64,000 nucleotides of DNA, from positions 1-64,000 of the forward strand of contig MU271291.1 of the NCBI GenBank assembly GCA_021432655.1. The letters are read 5' to 3'. Position numbers and translations under genes: made by a program. How positions within the stretch are numbered: the first letter of the stretch is position 1; each line of letters starts with the position of its first letter. Source of the DNA: Atractiella rhizophila. Taxonomy: Eukaryota. This document shows positions 1 through 11,811 of this stretch, piece by piece. The notes beneath the pieces were generated by a model. The model was not told the DNA's origin, did not search any database, and saw only the letters and a list, made by a program, of their open reading frames with translations.

Positions 1-1008
1 GATCATCAGTATCTACTACTAAATGAAGAAAACGTGGCAAACGTACTCTTGTTGGGAACAGTGGGAAGATTCTGGGCATGGCCTTGACTATATCCATTTT
101 AGGTCAATTATTTTGTCACAACAAAATAGGGACGAGGGAGAGAGACGGAAGCGTACTGCCAATCGTAAGCAATGGCATAAGCAAAAACCATCCCAGTATG
201 ATTGAATCCAGTTGCAACTATTGGCCCTCCGCGATTATCGAACGTCTTTAGTCGCGTGCGGGAGTCTTTGTCCCAAATGTAAATTGTGCCATCCGCTCCT
301 GCAAATCCAGAAGTAAGAGTGTGTGACATTAATCTCCAACATCGGGCAACAAATGGAGGACGAACCTGCTGTAGAGAAGGTGCCTTGCTGCTGATGGAAG
401 CTAATGGCATTGACTGGCCAGATCTATTCGTTGTTCAGCAATACAACGAATTCCAAGACGAGAGAGGAAACATACTAGTGACTGCATCTTTGGAATGTTA
501 TTTCCTGGCCCCGCATCCTTCCTGTGACATTTGAACGAGAAATTATTCTTCTCATCCTCAATATACTGAATCGCCACCCTCCCCTCAATCGAGCCCACGG
601 CGTATCCCTTCTGGTCAGGAAAAGCGGAAATGCATCGCGTTTGCATCTTGAGTGGTGATTGCAATTGCTGTTACCCGGTTAGGAAGTGTAAGCAACGGTA
701 CAACGTGGAAAAGGAAAGCACAATGTAACGTACCTTGAAAATAGTGGTGGGGTTGTTCAGGTCCACCACACAAATATGCCTTTCCGCCGTGCCAGCGACG
801 AGTAGAGGGCCCTGGACGTCCATGGCATATACCCGATCCGGCATCTGAAGCGTCGCCACAGGCTGAGACTGTCTCAAGTCCCAATACTATGATCCCAATC
901 ATTCAGGTTAGCAGAGGCACGAGAGAACAGATCCAAAACGAACCTTTATAGTCTTATCCCATGAACCGGTTGCGCAGATCCCATTCTGCATATCAACCCA
1001 TTTGATGT
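1..1008 (-). pseudogene. 5'-truncated second copy of the RAE1/GLE2 gene (3' exons only, continuing off the window start); probably an allelic haplotype copy
   Basis: Colinear with 1382-2405. Exon peptides are the same (e.g. [66 protein letters not shown]). Similarity ends abruptly after ...aacccatttgatgtg at ~1008. Confidence 0.75.
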
Positions 1009-1252
1009 GAGTTGCAGCCTTTTGAATCGGACTTGTGGTGTCCTCGTTATTAAGCGAAGCGAGTCACCTCGCACATGAGCGGGAGGAGTCAAATCTGCGG
1101 GAAGGAGGACTTAGCGGCGGAAGGGAATGGAAACATGTACTTGGAAACATCGAGGAAGATTGGAGTTACTCCATTGCAAGCTTGGAAACAACGTATATGA
1201 CATGACACAAATAACATGTATGCACCAAAATGGGAATGGAATTCAATGGGAA

Positions 1253-3013
1253 TCACTTCTTCGGTCTTTTCTTCACTTCTTCCTCCTATAAACAAAGCAT
1301 ATGTCAGCAAGTTTGCAGATGGACGGTTGAAGGCTGAGGAACATTAACGAACCTTGCAAGCATGCAACATGACTTCGCACGGATCATCAGCATCTACTAG
1401 CTACTGACGAAGAAATGTGGGAAACGTACTCTTGTTGGGAACAGTGGGAAGATTCTGGGCATGGCCTTGACTATAACCCGTTTTAGGTCAATTATTTTGT
1501 CACAACAAAATAGGGACGAGGGAGAGAGGCGGAGGCGTACTGCCAATCGTAGGCAATAGCGTAAGCAAAAACCATCCCAGTATGATTGAATCCAGTTGCA
1601 ACTATTGGCCCTCCTCGGTTGTCGAACGTCTTTAGTCGCGTGCGGGAGTCTTTGTCCCAAATGTAAATTGTGCCATCCGCTCCTACACATCCAGAAGTAA
1701 CAGTGAGTGGCATTAATCCCCAATAACGGGAAACAAATGGAGGACGAACCTGCTGTAGAGAAGGTGCCTTGTTGCTGATGGAAGCTGATGGCATTGACTG
1801 GCCAGATCTATTCGTTGTTCAGCAATACAACAAATTCCAAGATTATGAATGAAACATACTAGTGACTGCATCTTCGGAATGTTATTTCCTGGACCCGCAT
1901 CCTTCCTGTGACATTTGAACGAGAAGTTATTCTTCTCATCCTCAATATACTGAATCGCCACCCTCCCCTCAATCGAGCCCACAGCGTATCCCTTCTGATC
2001 AGGAAAAGCAGAAATGCATCGCGTTTGCATCTTGAGTGGTGATTGCAATTGCTGTTACCCGGTTAGGAAGTGTAAGCAACGATACAGCAACGAAACAACG
2101 TGGAAAAGGAAAGCACAAGGGTAAAGTACCTTGAAAATAGTGGTCGGGTTGTTCAGGTCCACCACACAAATATGCCTTTCCGCTGTTCCAGCCACGAGTA
2201 GAGGGCCCTGAACGTCCATGGCGTATACCCGGTCCGGCATTTGAAGCGTTGCCACAGGTTGAGACTGTCTCAAGTCCCAATACTATGATCCCAGTCCTCC
2301 AGGTTAGCAGAGGCACGAGAGAACAAATCCAGAACGAACCTTTATAGTCTTATCCCATGAACCGGTTGCGCAGATCCCATTCTGCATATCAACCCATTTG
2401 ATGTGCGAAATGGGCTGATCGTGCTGGGCAATCTGGCTCGACTGGCCTGTAGACACGTCGTACATTCTGCCGGCTTTGTCTGCGCCACCAGAAAGAATCT
2501 TGTTTCCTTCCTAATCTCTCCCGCAGCTCCAAGTCAGTTTTTGACGGGAGATAGAACAGGACACCCACCTTGTTCCAGCATACCGACAGCACTGGTGCTT
2601 CGTGCGTGTATTGTGCGCGTCCTTCTGTTGTTGATCCTTTCAGCTCATACACTCGGACCTAGTACATGATCAGCCCATTGTTAGCTGTGTATTTTTGAGG
2701 TATTAAAGCAGTTTCAGACCTGGTTATCCCAACTGCCAGTCCAAGTCTCAGCAAAAGCAACACTATGGTATGGAGTAGCGTACCTTCCGACAGCCAGAAA
2801 ATCAGCGACAGGAGACCAAGAAAGGCAGGAAATGGAGTCGGTAGGAGGATTCGCGACCTGGCAAGAAGTGAGGAGGGATAAGAGTTCAGTGAGAAAAAAG
2901 CGTGCCGAGCGTACCTCAAGATCTGGTGGGTCAGCGTTGGCGGCCACCGTCGTAGAAGAGGACGCTGCTGCACCAAATCCTGGGCGCGACAAAGACCCAA
3001 AAAGACTTGACAT
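1253..3013 (-). CDS. RAE1: Poly(A)+ RNA export WD40 protein Rae1/Gle2 (multi-exon)
   Basis: Spliced peptides [49 protein letters not shown]..., [39 protein letters not shown] and FAYAIAYDW, ending [10 protein letters not shown]. These are hallmark Rae1 motifs. Confidence 0.92.
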
Positions 3014-3148
3014 AGTTACTTGTTTGTCCAACCTGTTGTTCTAACTTGAACTCAGGACGGTTGTTCCTATTTGTCCCACAAAGAAGCAAAGCACTGCTGC
3101 GGACCGACACCTGCATAGAAATTATACAAACACCTACACCTGTTAAAG

Positions 3149-4411
3149 ATGTTCGGTACACCAGCAAGTAGTCAAGATGTTGAGGTAGGACTTCGCAGTT
3201 GGCAGTTTTAAGTGAAAATAGATATTTAAGTTATATGACAGGTTGGACAACCTCCTTCTGATGCTATCTCCTCACTTTCTTGGTCTCCAACGGCAGACTT
3301 CATTGCAGTAGGTAGCTGGGACAACAATGTGTGTTTTATCCCCCCCAGAAAATATATTGACCTGGAGCTAATTCATGAGATAAAGGTGCGTGTGTACGAG
3401 ATGGACCCTTCGAATGGCCAAACGCGCCCCGTCACTTCCTACAGTCACGATTCCCCCGTTCTGAGCGTGTGCTGGAACAAAGTACGTGATGGTCACTACT
3501 CTTCTATTGTATTAAGTATCGTTTGGCGTAGGAAGGTAACAAGATCTTCTCCGGCTCAGCAGACAAAACGGTTAAGGTCTACGATGTGTCGACTGGCCAA
3601 TCAAACAAACTTGGGGACCACCAAGACACCGTTAAGGGAGTGGTATGGGCAGATGCTCAAGGAGGAGTCCTAGCTTCGGCCAGCTGGGACAAAACACTCA
3701 AGGTGCGTTTGTCAAGAGCCCTCTGAATCAACACATCTCATAACCATTTAATCAATGGAGCAGTATTGGGATCTTCGTTCCCCTCAACCAGTGGCGACTG
3801 TCTCCCTACCCGAGCGAGCATATTCAATGGCCACATCCTCCACCTTGCTCCTAATCGCTACTGCTGATCGCCACCTCTGTCTGTTCAACCTCACCTCCCC
3901 AACGACAATATTCAAGCAAGTCTACAGTCCTCTCAAGTTCCAAACCCGCTCTGTCGCATGCATGCCAGAGGGGAAAGGCTACGCTGTCGCCTCTATTGAA
4001 GGTCGGGTATCAGTCAACTTCTTCTCTGATGCGCCAGCTCCCTACTCGTTTAAGTGCCATCGAAAAGACCTCCCAGGACAAAACACTTCTGTAAATGCGA
4101 GCCAATCCAAGTACCAGAAAGCCACATGGTCCGTCAACTCACTGTCGTTCCATCAGCAACTGGGAAGTCTTGCCACCGCAGGGACGGACGCGTCATTCTC
4201 CTTTTGGGATCTGGAGGGTAAATCAAAGCTTAAAACCTTTGACGAAAGAGGTGGGCCTATTGTAGCGACAGAATTCCATCGTTCAGGAGAATGGTTTGCC
4301 TATGCCATTTCCTACGACTGGAGCAATGGTTTCTCTCCCAATATGCCACAAGTTCCGAATAAGATATTTCTGCATAAAGTCCAGCGCGAGGAAGTGAATA
4401 GGAAGAGATAG
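3149..4411 (+). CDS. Divergent Rae1/Gle2 paralogue (WD40)
   Basis: MFGTPASSQDVE|VGQPPSDAISSLSWSPTADFIAVGSWDNN|VRVYE...YWDLRSPQPVATVSLPERAY...SPLKFQTRSVACMPEGKGYAVASIEGRV...FKCHR...FAYAISYDWSNG. Four 5' introns are followed by one long terminal exon. Confidence 0.88.
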
Positions 4412-4669
4412 TGTGGACAGTAACACTCGACGGTTTTCACACGGTTGCTCTCATTCGGCCCATGGATAGAATTCCACACTCAGACCAACGACACATCGTC
4501 AAAGCGTTGTAACGATGATTGACGGAAGTCTGCAAAGGCTCACTGGCGCCAACTTGACTTGATGGCTATAGCACACAAGAATGATATCCTCAATTGTGAC
4601 AACATGTAGATCTGCCCAGTCTGTGACGAGCTTTGCGTCCCTGGAATCCAATGTCGAATAGATTTCGGA

Positions 4670-6589
4670 TCAACCGTCATATACTGCACGCCTCTGAAGA
4701 GGCTCCACTTCTCCTTCAACACCAAATCCAGCTTTGCGACCATCTGCTGCAAAAGACTGTCTCAACTCGCCAAATTTCACTCGCTCTTTCTCTAGTGATT
4801 TCGCTCCTTCGCTACCAGTAGAATGACCCTTTGAAAGGGCGTCCAACGTTGGACTTCCGCGTGTGGTGACGAGAATTTGCGAGAAGGTCTTTCCAGTTGG
4901 GACACCATTACTTGCCAGTGCGCTGGTGAGGGCACGTTAATCATGTTTTTAATTGGGAACACTCTGCTCACCTGACTCCTAAAATACCACAGATTAATGT
5001 AACCATCAAAGCGACAGCGTACGAGACCAGCAAACCAATAGGTCGGTATTGAAAGACCGTTTGAGACTGAGACATCTCACATATCGTTGTAAGAGTTGCC
5101 ATGTTCGTCGAAAGAGTCGAGAGTGTCAGGTTGGCGAGAAGGCTAGGAATGGCACTCGGAAGATTGTGGTCCAGAATCCAAATTTCACCTCCTCTCGTTT
5201 GAGATCCATCCTGAAGTATATCCGTGATGTTGATAGGTATGACTGTGGCAAGAACAGTGTCGAGAATTTTAGAATCGACAACCGTGGTATCATCCGTGGT
5301 TACATTTCCTTCTAGAAAGCTGTAAAATTCGTCGACGAGACCCAGAAACGGCCACCAGGTATTGTCACTTCCATTGGGAAGGGGATCTAGGTCTGCTTGT
5401 AGTTGCGGGAAGTCATTGATGCGTGAGGTAACGACCTCCCAGTGCGGTATGCCATTGTTGAATGAAACCGAAACTTGATAGCTTGCATTGAAGGGAGAGC
5501 ATTGCAGTGTAACTTGGCATGGGTCGCCGAGGAAAATATCTCGCTTGAAATTGCAAACGTTTGCAGGGTCCAAACCTTGCTTCGTAACTGGATCTGTTGT
5601 GTAGTTCAAGTACTGCAGCCATATTTTGCGACCAGGCTGCAGAGTAGTTCCAGGATATCGTTGGACGTATGGCTTTTTCATAACTTCCACAGACGAGTTG
5701 AAAGCAAGCTGATTTTCTGAAGGAGCTGCCTGTGTCGCATCAGTATTGTCGAATCTGCCTATCTGTCAGCAAACCTTCACCAAAACCGATTCTACTAACT
5801 GCCACCATTCCTGTAAGCTACACGAAATTGAGGGGGCATAAAAATCAAGACTGAATGAGCAATTAGCACCACACGGGGAGTTGAACGCGAGAGGTGTTTC
5901 TTCGGACATGGCACGTACGGCCGTCTTGTGCAGCCGTATTGACGGGGAGGTGTAGTTCGATTTGAAAGCAAGGGAATATAAAGACGGCCCTCCCTCGTTG
6001 AAAGTCGGTAGAATACATCCTGCTCTGCCAATTGGCTGTTTAACGTGTACTGTCAGGGATCCTGGAGGGAACAACACTGAAAGAGGTAACAACCAGCCGA
6101 TCAAAGCTACCGCTAGGCACAATGGTGCCCGCGAGGCTGCATCAACAGAAAAAAATGAAAGTGGATTGGACTGTGGATAACACTTTGAAACATCCTGCAA
6201 AAGAAGGGAGGACACACCTGGACTGTAAAGAGTTTGTCTATAGAGGATATCTTGAGGAAAGTCTCGCGAAGAGTATACCACAAGATCTCTTGGAAAGCTG
6301 ATGCGATAACTGGCAGGACCACAGTGTGTCACTGCACATCTACACTCTGCGAGTTGCACTTACCTATCGTCAAGCACGATTTGAACAAAAAAACAACCGC
6401 AGTAGCCAGAAAGTACACCCAGGTTTGATCGAAACGTGAGGTGGTCTTTCCATCCAAATATGAGAATAGACCATGGTGAACGCCAGCGACAACCTGGTCC
6501 CTAGCTGTGAACACAGCTGATGTGGAGAATCAAGGACGTACTACTGCTAGAAGAAAAGGTACGGCCATGAGCAGCGGGGTCTTCCTCAT
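4670..6589 (-). CDS. Fungal multi-pass membrane glycoprotein of unknown function
   Basis: Exons encode HHGLFSYLDGK..QTWVYFLATAVVFLFKSCL, LIGWLLPLSVLFPPGSLTV, SPCGANCSFSLDFYAPSISC and a C-terminal TM (YRPIGLLVSYAVALMVTLICGILG..FSQILVTTR). The start codon is uncertain. Confidence 0.65.
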
Positions 6590-7328
6590 ACCTCGCAGAC
6601 CATGTTTTGGTATTAGGCGTTTGAAGCTAGACTGACCAGAGCCGAAGGAGTACTACTAGGCGATCAAAACAGAGTCATTCCCCATCGGCAACAGCTTCTT
6701 ACACCGTCCGAGCCTTGCCTACGGTTCATGCTACTCCTGCTGTCCACTTCGAAAAGCAGGAAGCTCGATGCTTCAGAGTTCTTGTCCGTCGACTGCGCCA
6801 TAGCCTTCGTTGGAAGACGTCGCGTCTGCGTGTAGAGCCCTCAGGGATGTGCGCCACTTCGAAGAATATGTTGGCCTGCCGAAATCATGACGTGAGAATC
6901 AATATTTCACAAACAATCCCTAGAAAGACATTGGGTTGCGGCAGTGCAGACTGCACACAGACAGTGCGCTTACAGTGACAAAGTGACTTGTGAAGTCCGA
7001 ACGATGCGATTCATTAGGTAACAAATCTACTACAACACCTACGTGTCCCTTCGCTCTGGCATGAAAGGCGTTTCTGAGTGCATGCAACAACATCAACAAC
7101 ATACACAAAACTACTGTACAGGGTTGAATAAAATATGAATAGTACGTCAGTGACGACGTCAGTAGCGGGACATCCCAAATGTAGGCGGGACGCGAATCAG
7201 TTTATCCTGTCCCTCCACCTCCACCCAAAAAAAACCTTCCATATAGATACAGTATATAAGTCGCGCTCCTGAAGCAATTGATGCCGCTGAATTGAAGCTC
7301 AGTAACAAGTGAGTCACTGTCGAAAGAA

Positions 7329-8360
7329 ATGGCACGACTGATGGAGGGGAGAAATATTATTGTAACGGGAGGTGCTTCAGGCATAGGCAAGAAATTGCTC
7401 GCTCCAAGATTCATCGTCTGACGTCCGAATTGAAGGGCTGGCAACAGCTATGCTTCTCTCCCAGAGCGGAGCAAACGTCGCACTTGTCGACCTCGATGAA
7501 GCGGCTGGCGGCAAAGCTTTATCACAGATCTCCGAAGGAAAGAAGCTCTTTCACGCAGTTGACGTGAAGGATCGAGTAGCAGTTCAAGAATGCATTGAGA
7601 AAGTAGCTGCAGAATGGGGGAGAGTCGACGGGCTAGCACACATCGCGGGTAAAAACTCGTTGAATGGATCTGCTCCAGCTTTCCATCTGATTGACAGCTA
7701 GGGATCAACCCCCCATGCCCCAAACTGACAGAAGTCTCGCCGGAATTGTACGAGTCGATTTTGAGCGTCAATCTGCTAGGAACGTTTAACTTCAACCAAG
7801 CAATCATCAAACAGTTTATCCGACAGAATGAGAAACAGGAACCTGTTCCCACAGGTGGATATTCGATCGTCAACGCAGGATCAATGGCTTCTTTGACGGG
7901 TTTGGCGACACAATCCGTTTATTGTGCAAGCAAGCACGCCATTCTTGGACTATCTAGGTAAGCACAAGAGTGTTCATATATCCATATACTGACAACGTCA
8001 AAGAGCTGCTGCGAAAGAATATGGACCAGAACACATTCGTGTGAACGTCGTTTGCCCTGGTATGTCGAGTCAACAGCCACAATTTCCTTTTCTCACGGAC
8101 GAATGTCATTGTGATAGGAGCAATCAAAACACCATTGCTTGACGCATTGAACCTGTCAGAGAAGGCACTGACAGACCCTCTACCTCTCAAGCGATTGGGT
8201 ACAGCAGAAGATGTCGCTCAGGTGCGCAAATATTCTAGCACCACACGTTTCAACCGACCCAAGAGTTGTTAACTCTTAGATCGTTATGTTTTTGCTCTCC
8301 TCACAGTCTAGCTACGTCACCGGGGATCACTACGGAGTGGATGGTGGCTACTTCTCGTAA
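7329..8360 (+). CDS. Short-chain dehydrogenase/reductase (classical SDR)
   Basis: TGGASGIG Rossmann motif, IVNAGS, YCASK catalytic motif, IRVNVVCPG and a terminal YVTGDHYGVDGG. The first intron needs a GC donor (7387). Confidence 0.9.
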
Positions 8361-8838
8361 ATTTCAGCCTGAAGAATCGAAGAAGAGATAAAAGAGTGCC
8401 TTTGTTGCAACACGACGACTCTGCTGTACGATACAGGTTTATTTCAAGAGAGGTTGTGGTATAGCCTCGAAGCACAGGTCTTAAATAGTCATGATATAGA
8501 AAGAATTAGCGCAATGAAATCACAAACAAAGCCTTTGTCAAACGCGCTGTGTACCATTTTTCCCAACCTTGAACTCACCTTCGAGAGCCTCTGCGGTGCT
8601 AACTCGGCCCAACTCCAGTGCTAGCACCTTTACGCCCTGCGTCTGTGCCAGGAGATGCTGCTGTGGTGGATAGGACTTTGTGTCGGCGGCAAATCCGACA
8701 CTCGATCAACATGCGTGAGGCAAACGACTGAAACGACCATTGACGGTTAACTTCTCGACTTCCCTCACTGTAATTGGGAACGCTGCCCACAAGTGTTTAA
8801 CTCCTCAAAACAACTTTGCCATCGTTTGACTGGACAGA

Positions 8839-10525
8839 ATGACTACACCTACCCAGCGAGACAAGATCGCTCTTATCGTAGAGTGGAGAGACCAGCTGGA
8901 TGTTGCTGTGGCGAATAACAAAATGGATGACTTGAAGACGATTCTCATGAAGCTGAAGAACGATATTGTGGTTAATGAGGAACTTATTCGAGTGCGTTGT
9001 TTCTTTTGTAAAAGACACATTCCAGGGTCTGTGGTGGGGTTGAAAGAAAGAAAAGACGTCAGAGGATCAGCTTTCTGATACCGTCCTTAAAAACACTCTC
9101 ATCATTAAAGGACGGGCATGTCCGGGCGATATTGAGTATATACTCATGAGAAGTTTGTGACAGGAAACGAGGATCGGCCTCAAGGTAGGGAAACTGAGGT
9201 CGAGTGACAATAAGGAGGTTTCTAGTCTAGCGAAGGGTTTAGTGAAAAAATGGAAAGAATTAGTAGAGGCTGGGAAGGGTTCAGGAGGCAAGACTAACAC
9301 GCCGAAGCCGGCGAGAAAGGACTCAACCATAAGCGGTATGTTTATTATGTCCATCTGAATGTTCATACCTAATTCTTGTTGTCGGTGTGCTCCCAGTTAC
9401 TTCAAGTGGGGCTCGCCCACCGCCTCCAGCCTCTCCCAAACTTCAAACTTCTACTGGGTCTCCGTCCCCTGCCCCTGGCCCCTCGCATACCAATGGAACA
9501 AATGGAACCGAGACTGGGAAGTCCTATAAGCTTGCGAACGGACAGTCAAGGACGAGTGCTCTTGACGGGATAAATACTCAAGTTTACGGTGATCCAAAGA
9601 GGGATGGACCGTTGAATTTGATCTACAATGCTCTAGCAAGCGACTCTGACGCACGTAAGTACTTCCTATTTACAAAAGGGTTCGGTTCGGGAGGTGTTGT
9701 CCGTTGTCCCCTCCATGAGGCGGGAACGCAAGCGTCTTTGTTAGGATCGCTTCGCGTTCCCGCCTCGAACTGCGTCTTGAGGATTCGAGTGGGCGGGTAG
9801 GATGGATGGACTCTGCACTCTCCTGCGAGTGTAGAATATCCGTCCATCCTACCCGCCCGATTGTGCGTTTCGTGTGGTCATCCAAGATTCTGATTCCGTG
9901 TTGTGGCGTCCAGCTCCATCCGTCGTCTTGGAGAAGGCGACAGCAGTCGAAGCCGCGCTACAATCGGCGCACCCGGACAAGAAACAATATACAACAAAAG
10001 CACGAAGTCTTTACATGAACCTGAAAGACCCAAAGAATCCACAACTAAGAGCGGATGTCATGAGTGGTGCTATTCAACCTGCGAAACTGGTCGTCATGCG
10101 TCCTCAGGTTTGTCCTATCATGCATAATACCATGAATCATGTAAAATGTGTACAGGAAATGGCTTCGAAAGAGCTGAAGGAGGAAAACGAAAAGATTCAA
10201 AGCCAAAACCTCTTCAATGCCCAAGGAGCCACGTTGAATGAGGCCACAACCGATATGTTCCAGTGCAAACGTTGCCGACAGTGGAAGACAACTTATTATC
10301 AGAGTGAGTCATCTTTTTGTCACAATTACCTTTACTGACTGCTTTTGCAGTGCAAGTATGTATAATCGCCATCGAAAAGAATTTCCTTGACTGTTATCAA
10401 CTAGACTCGCTCAGCAGACGAACCGATGACTACATTTGTCACCTGCACCAACTGTGGGAATCGTTGGAAGGTTGGGATCCTTTCTCCCAATATGCCCTGG
10501 CTGACAAATTTGTGAACAGTTCTGA
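8839..10525 (+). CDS. DST1: Transcription elongation factor S-II (TFIIS)
   Basis: N-terminal domain [22 protein letters not shown], central [18 protein letters not shown], and Zn ribbon [34 protein letters not shown] (assembled through a 5-nt microexon). Confidence 0.95.
9717..9858 (+). ncRNA. Candidate structured RNA element (two long hairpins) within TFIIS intron 3
   Basis: GAGGCGGGAACGC/GCGTTCCCGCCTC (13 bp, plus 9 more bp) and GGGCGGGTAGGATGGATGGA/TCCGTCCATCCTACCCGCCC (20 bp, plus 9 more bp). The non-WC pairs are G.U on the sense strand. Function unknown. Confidence 0.45.
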
Positions 10526-10731
10526 ATCCACCCCATGCACTCCTTTTTCGTGTTTTCTGCACTGTTTTACTCTTTCGATTGTTGACTGAGTGAGGTTCAC
10601 GGCTTCATAACAAAATGTACAATTCGTTACCGATCAACGCTTCAACAGAGCCACGTTCCATCATTTGGCGGTTCTCTGATTATTGATGCACGTGCCCTGT
10701 TGACCACTCCAGTTTTGCTTCCGACAATCCA

Positions 10732-11643
10732 ATGCTTCCCTTCCTCAACGAATACTTCTTCAAGTCATGCTTCCCTGGCCGCCAGGCCGTCACAGACACT
10801 TCCGAAGAGTACCGTTCGCGTCCTGTAGTCAAAGATGAGACTTGCATTTTCTGCAATGCTTCAAAGGAGAACGGCTTCAGTGTCGTGCATGAGGTACGTT
10901 GTTTATCTGTGGCATGGCATTCCCTCTTGAGAGTTTGAAAATGATCGCAGGAGGAAGATCTCATAGTATTCCACGACCGGAAAGCAGGGTCGAAGCTCCA
11001 CCTGCTCTGTATCCCAAAGAACCATATTTGTACGCTCTGGTTTCCCTTGCTCCGAAACCGCATGTTTCTGAACCAGACAGTGTCTAGTGAACGTCACGGT
11101 GTTAACTAGAGCCGATGTGCATCTCAGTAGGCAGATTTTTCAAGCCAAATCATGACGGGGTCATCGGAGCACAGTCACTCGTATGGCAAGGGTACTCTCA
11201 CAACAGATGTCTCTTCTGGGATTCTCGCCGCCTGAACAACAGTACGCCCTTTGCTTTATTTGGCACTGAGGTATCTATTGACTTCGAACAGGTTAGGCTT
11301 TCACGTCCCTCCGTAAGCTTTCGCTGGTACTTAGAAGGAACAGACGCATTGGGATCCCCACAGGTTCTTCTCCGTCAATCATCTACATATGCACGGCCTC
11401 TCCCTGCCCCTGAACTCGCCAAAGCATCACTTCATTCCTTCTCGAGCGAAATACAATCCAAAACCTCCACAAACAGAGGGGGAACTCGAAAATCCTGTTC
11501 CGTCTGTGAGCGAAGTGGGGGAAAAGACCGCGAAAATCAAGAGCTTCTCCTGGTTTGTAACGGCGAGACAGACGGTGCAAATTTTGAATGATGGGGGAAA
11601 GATTGGGGTTGTGGGGTATAGAATAAGGGGGCGAAAACAGTGA
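10732..11643 (+). CDS. HIT-family nucleotide-binding protein (HINT3-like)
   Basis: CIFC Zn motif, DLIVFHDRKAGSKLHLLCIPKNHI, LGFHVPP..SVNHLHMHGL (HxHxH triad). Confidence 0.85.
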
Positions 11644-11811
11644 CAGACCGATACCAAGTCAAGTCTCACTCATTCTTTCCAAGTTTGCTGATGTTACGAG
11701 CAAACCACTCGCTCTTTTTCGCCGTGAGCGCTGTCATTTATAACAATTCCAATACAAAGAAAACTACAAAACAATCTCTTCATGAAAGGGAGAGGGGGGT
11801 TGTGCGGGAGG

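Noticed and set aside
7143..7162. CRE-like ACGTCA/TGACG cluster upstream of the SDR
   Set aside because: The motifs are short and have no supporting evidence.
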